Below, piece by piece: positions 3,714 to 5,514 of a DNA stretch of 5,514 nucleotides. The stretch's first letter is position 1. Every line of letters begins with the position of its first letter. Under the pieces are notes generated by a model. That model was not told where the DNA came from and ran no database searches. It saw only the letters and a list, made by a program, of their open reading frames with translations. The stretch is from a virus. The DNA lies in IMG/VR virus record IMGVR_UViG_3300045988_036424, positions 1 to 5,514 of that record; one strand, given 5' to 3'. The translations under genes and the position numbers were made by a program.

Positions 3714-5384
3714 TTAAATTCTTTCGATTCCCGGGATGCTGTAGATAGGCATTTCGCGGTACCAATCTTCTGTGAAATAGAAGTCACACAAGAATTGGTG
3801 GCTTTTTGCGCTTGTTACTGCAATCGTTCGGTCAACGTTCTTTGTTTCTTCCTGAATCCATTCTGCCGAGAGACGCGGAAGCGTTTCATAATCGTCTGCA
3901 TAGTGCCATGCGTCCAAACTTGTCTGGTAGTTAGACCGCATTTCGCCGGTTACGTAAGAAGGCTTGTAGCGGTAATCCGCCCATGCCTCTTGATAGCCAA
4001 AGATTTCATTATCTTCTGCCGTGCCTTGTGCATAGATTTCGCGGTTGTACACCGGTTGTTCGCCCAGTGCTGCCAGTCGCGGGTCGTAGTAGGTGAATCG
4101 TCCGCCACGTGTCCACTTGGTTGCAAGCCCCTGCTGGTAGCTGTGCTCTACTCGTACCACTGCCAGACCGATGATATAGCCGTACTCAGTTGCCGCATAG
4201 TCTACCATCTCTTTACTGCACGTGGTCAGGCTGTATGCTGCCGTATTGCCCAGTGCCTGTCCGGTTGTCGGGTCCGTCTGGCTTGTCTGCACAACCTGAT
4301 TGACATTGATCGCGATGCGCTGGCCGCCGATGTACTCAGGAATCTGCAGACGGCTGTCCGGTGACGTTACGCCCCACGTACCAGACAGGAACTCGCGATA
4401 GCGCGTGCCGTTGCGTGCATCTGCTTCAAAGATGTGCTGCAATGCAATAGCCATGCGCAAATCTGCAATGCTGATTGCGTTCAAGCTATTTAGGTTTGCG
4501 CCTAGGAATCCTTCTCTAAAGTTTGTTCCTTGGTTTGAGCTCGCCCCCTTTAATTGTGCCGGTTCATTTTCTCCCGGTGCTCCCGGTATATTACAGATTG
4601 CCGGGTATGCTGGTCCCGTTCCGTTCAGGTAAATTGTTACGTTATCCGTAAGTTTATTCGTCAATTCTTTGTTTGTGAATACATTTACGGCTGCGTTTCC
4701 CGTCAGGCTGATTTCCACAGGGTCAGCTTTTAACGGACTCGGCAAACAGCTGGTGAAGTAGTCGTGGAATTTACCAGCTTTTGCGGGATGTCGTGCGTAT
4801 AAGGTCCCCTCGTTTGTGTTTGTCGTTAGGCTTGGTTTGTTTGCGTAGAAATCTTTTGTTGCGTTCCCGGGATTTGGTTCTTTTCCTCCGTTATCTTCTT
4901 TTTTGTACCCTAACATTAACGGCGCTTCAAGATTTTCATCTCGAAACCATTCGTTGTATATCATGGCATACGCTCTTGCTGGGAGTGCGTTCACTTTGAT
5001 TTCGTTTTTTACTCCGGTCGGCAGTCCAAAGTAGTCTCCGATGCTGCCGTTATTTAGACCGGATGTGCCTCCGATTGTGCAAGTCGGTGTGCTGTATTCG
5101 GTCTTTTCTGCCCAGTAGTTTGTGTCGTTTTCTCCGAACATGTTTTCCCAGTGTTCCCAGAGCAGACGACAGGGCACAAAGAAGAAGTAGGTATCCATGT
5201 AGCAGTTGTCCATGATAGGATAGATTGGAGTACTCATACGAATAAGCCCGTTAAGTCGCACTCGTGCGGTATCGCCCGGAAGCACTTCATCGCAGTAGAT
5301 GGGCACTAGATCGCCTTCGTTGATGGTCGTCAGGAGCTGATGACTTCTGTCAAATTTGCTTCGTGGTCGTTCCATTCGCGGCAC
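3714..5384 (-). CDS. Major capsid protein (Microviridae VP1 / F-like).
   Basis: 556 aa from the track's GTG at 5384. The N-terminal signature is RPRSKFDRSHQLLTTINEGDLVPIYCDEVLPGDT, matching the microvirus pattern RS.FD.SH..KTT...G.L.P...DE.LPGDT. The size is typical of gokushovirus-like VP1. The true start is uncertain: alternatives are ATG 5375, or a non-canonical start upstream at 5417 (see findings). Confidence 0.95.
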   Translation of the reverse strand: MPRMERPRSKFDRSHQLLTTINEGDLVPIYCDEVLPGDTARVRLNGLIRMSTPIYPIMDNCYMDTYFFFVPCRLLWEHWENMFGENDTNYWAEKTEYSTPTCTIGGTSGLNNGSIGDYFGLPTGVKNEIKVNALPARAYAMIYNEWFRDENLEAPLMLGYKKEDNGGKEPNPGNATKDFYANKPSLTTNTNEGTLYARHPAKAGKFHDYFTSCLPSPLKADPVEISLTGNAAVNVFTNKELTNKLTDNVTIYLNGTGPAYPAICNIPGAPGENEPAQLKGASSNQGTNFREGFLGANLNSLNAISIADLRMAIALQHIFEADARNGTRYREFLSGTWGVTSPDSRLQIPEYIGGQRIAINVNQVVQTSQTDPTTGQALGNTAAYSLTTCSKEMVDYAATEYGYIIGLAVVRVEHSYQQGLATKWTRGGRFTYYDPRLAALGEQPVYNREIYAQGTAEDNEIFGYQEAWADYRYKPSYVTGEMRSNYQTSLDAWHYADDYETLPRLSAEWIQEETKNVDRTIAVTSAKSHQFLCDFYFTEDWYREMPIYSIPGIERI

Positions 5385-5400
5385 TTGCGCGAAATGGTTT

Positions 5401-5514
5401 TCACTGTTTCTGTTCGTTTTCCTTCACCTCTTCCTTTTTTTCTTCCTTCTCTTCCGGCTTCGGCTGTTCGGTCTGTTGTACCTGTTTCAGCTGTTCCATT
5501 GTTTCGGCTGCTGC
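5401..5514 (-). CDS. C-terminal part of the same junction-spanning VP3-like ORF. Bases 5473-5514 duplicate 1-42, and the stop codon TGA is at 5403-5401.
   Basis: Reverse complement of 5472-5401 reads ACC GAA CAG CCG AAG CCG GAA GAG AAG GAA GAA AAA AAG GAA GAG GTG AAG GAA AAC GAA CAG AAA CAG TGA, in frame with codons 1-119 across the junction (TEQPKPEEKEEKKEEVKENEQKQ*). Confidence 0.6.
   Translation of the reverse strand, partial: AAAETMEQLKQVQQTEQPKPEEKEEKKEEVKENEQKQ
5473..5514. repeat. Right copy of the 42-nt terminal direct repeat (circular overlap).
   Basis: Identical to 1-42. Confidence 0.95.

Noticed and set aside
3599-3787. 62-aa minus-strand ORF spanning the VP1 C-terminus, the intercistronic hairpin and the VP2 start.
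   Set aside because: It overlaps two supported genes out of frame and contains the hairpin. It has no RBS and is most likely fortuitous.

Overview
The window is one complete, circularly closed genome of a small ssDNA phage of the family Microviridae, with gokushovirus-like gene content and order. It is shown as the reverse complement of its coding strand. Bases 1-42 are identical to 5473-5514, so the unit genome is 5472 nt and the window ends are an assembly overlap. All credible genes lie on the minus strand. In transcription order they are Rep/VP4 (HUH endonuclease), a 38-aa arginine-rich J/ORF8-like DNA-binding peptide, a 36-aa micro-ORF, a 130-aa zinc peptidase of the M15 type (endolysin-like), a VP5-like small protein, a 142-aa VP3-like ORF that crosses the circular junction, the major capsid protein VP1, and the DNA pilot protein VP2. 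The two micro-ORFs and the junction-spanning ORF are absent from the supplied ORF track and were found by hand translation. All plus-strand ORFs in the track look like antisense shadows. Points worth a second look: (1) a cell-wall peptidase in a microvirus with no visible holin, signal peptide or E-like embedded lysis gene; (2) a 310-nt non-coding region upstream of rep holding a perfect 10-bp hairpin and eight GTTGAA(A) iterons in three clusters about 63 nt apart, a candidate origin or control region; (3) the capsid gene's conserved N-terminal motif lies upstream of any canonical start codon, behind a GAGGTGA Shine-Dalgarno and an in-frame ACG; (4) a GC-rich hairpin between VP1 and VP2 that looks like both an attenuator and a hairpin-bridged ribosome binding site; (5) a consensus promoter abutting a terminator hairpin downstream of rep. 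Family assignments rest on motifs recalled from memory. No database search was possible.
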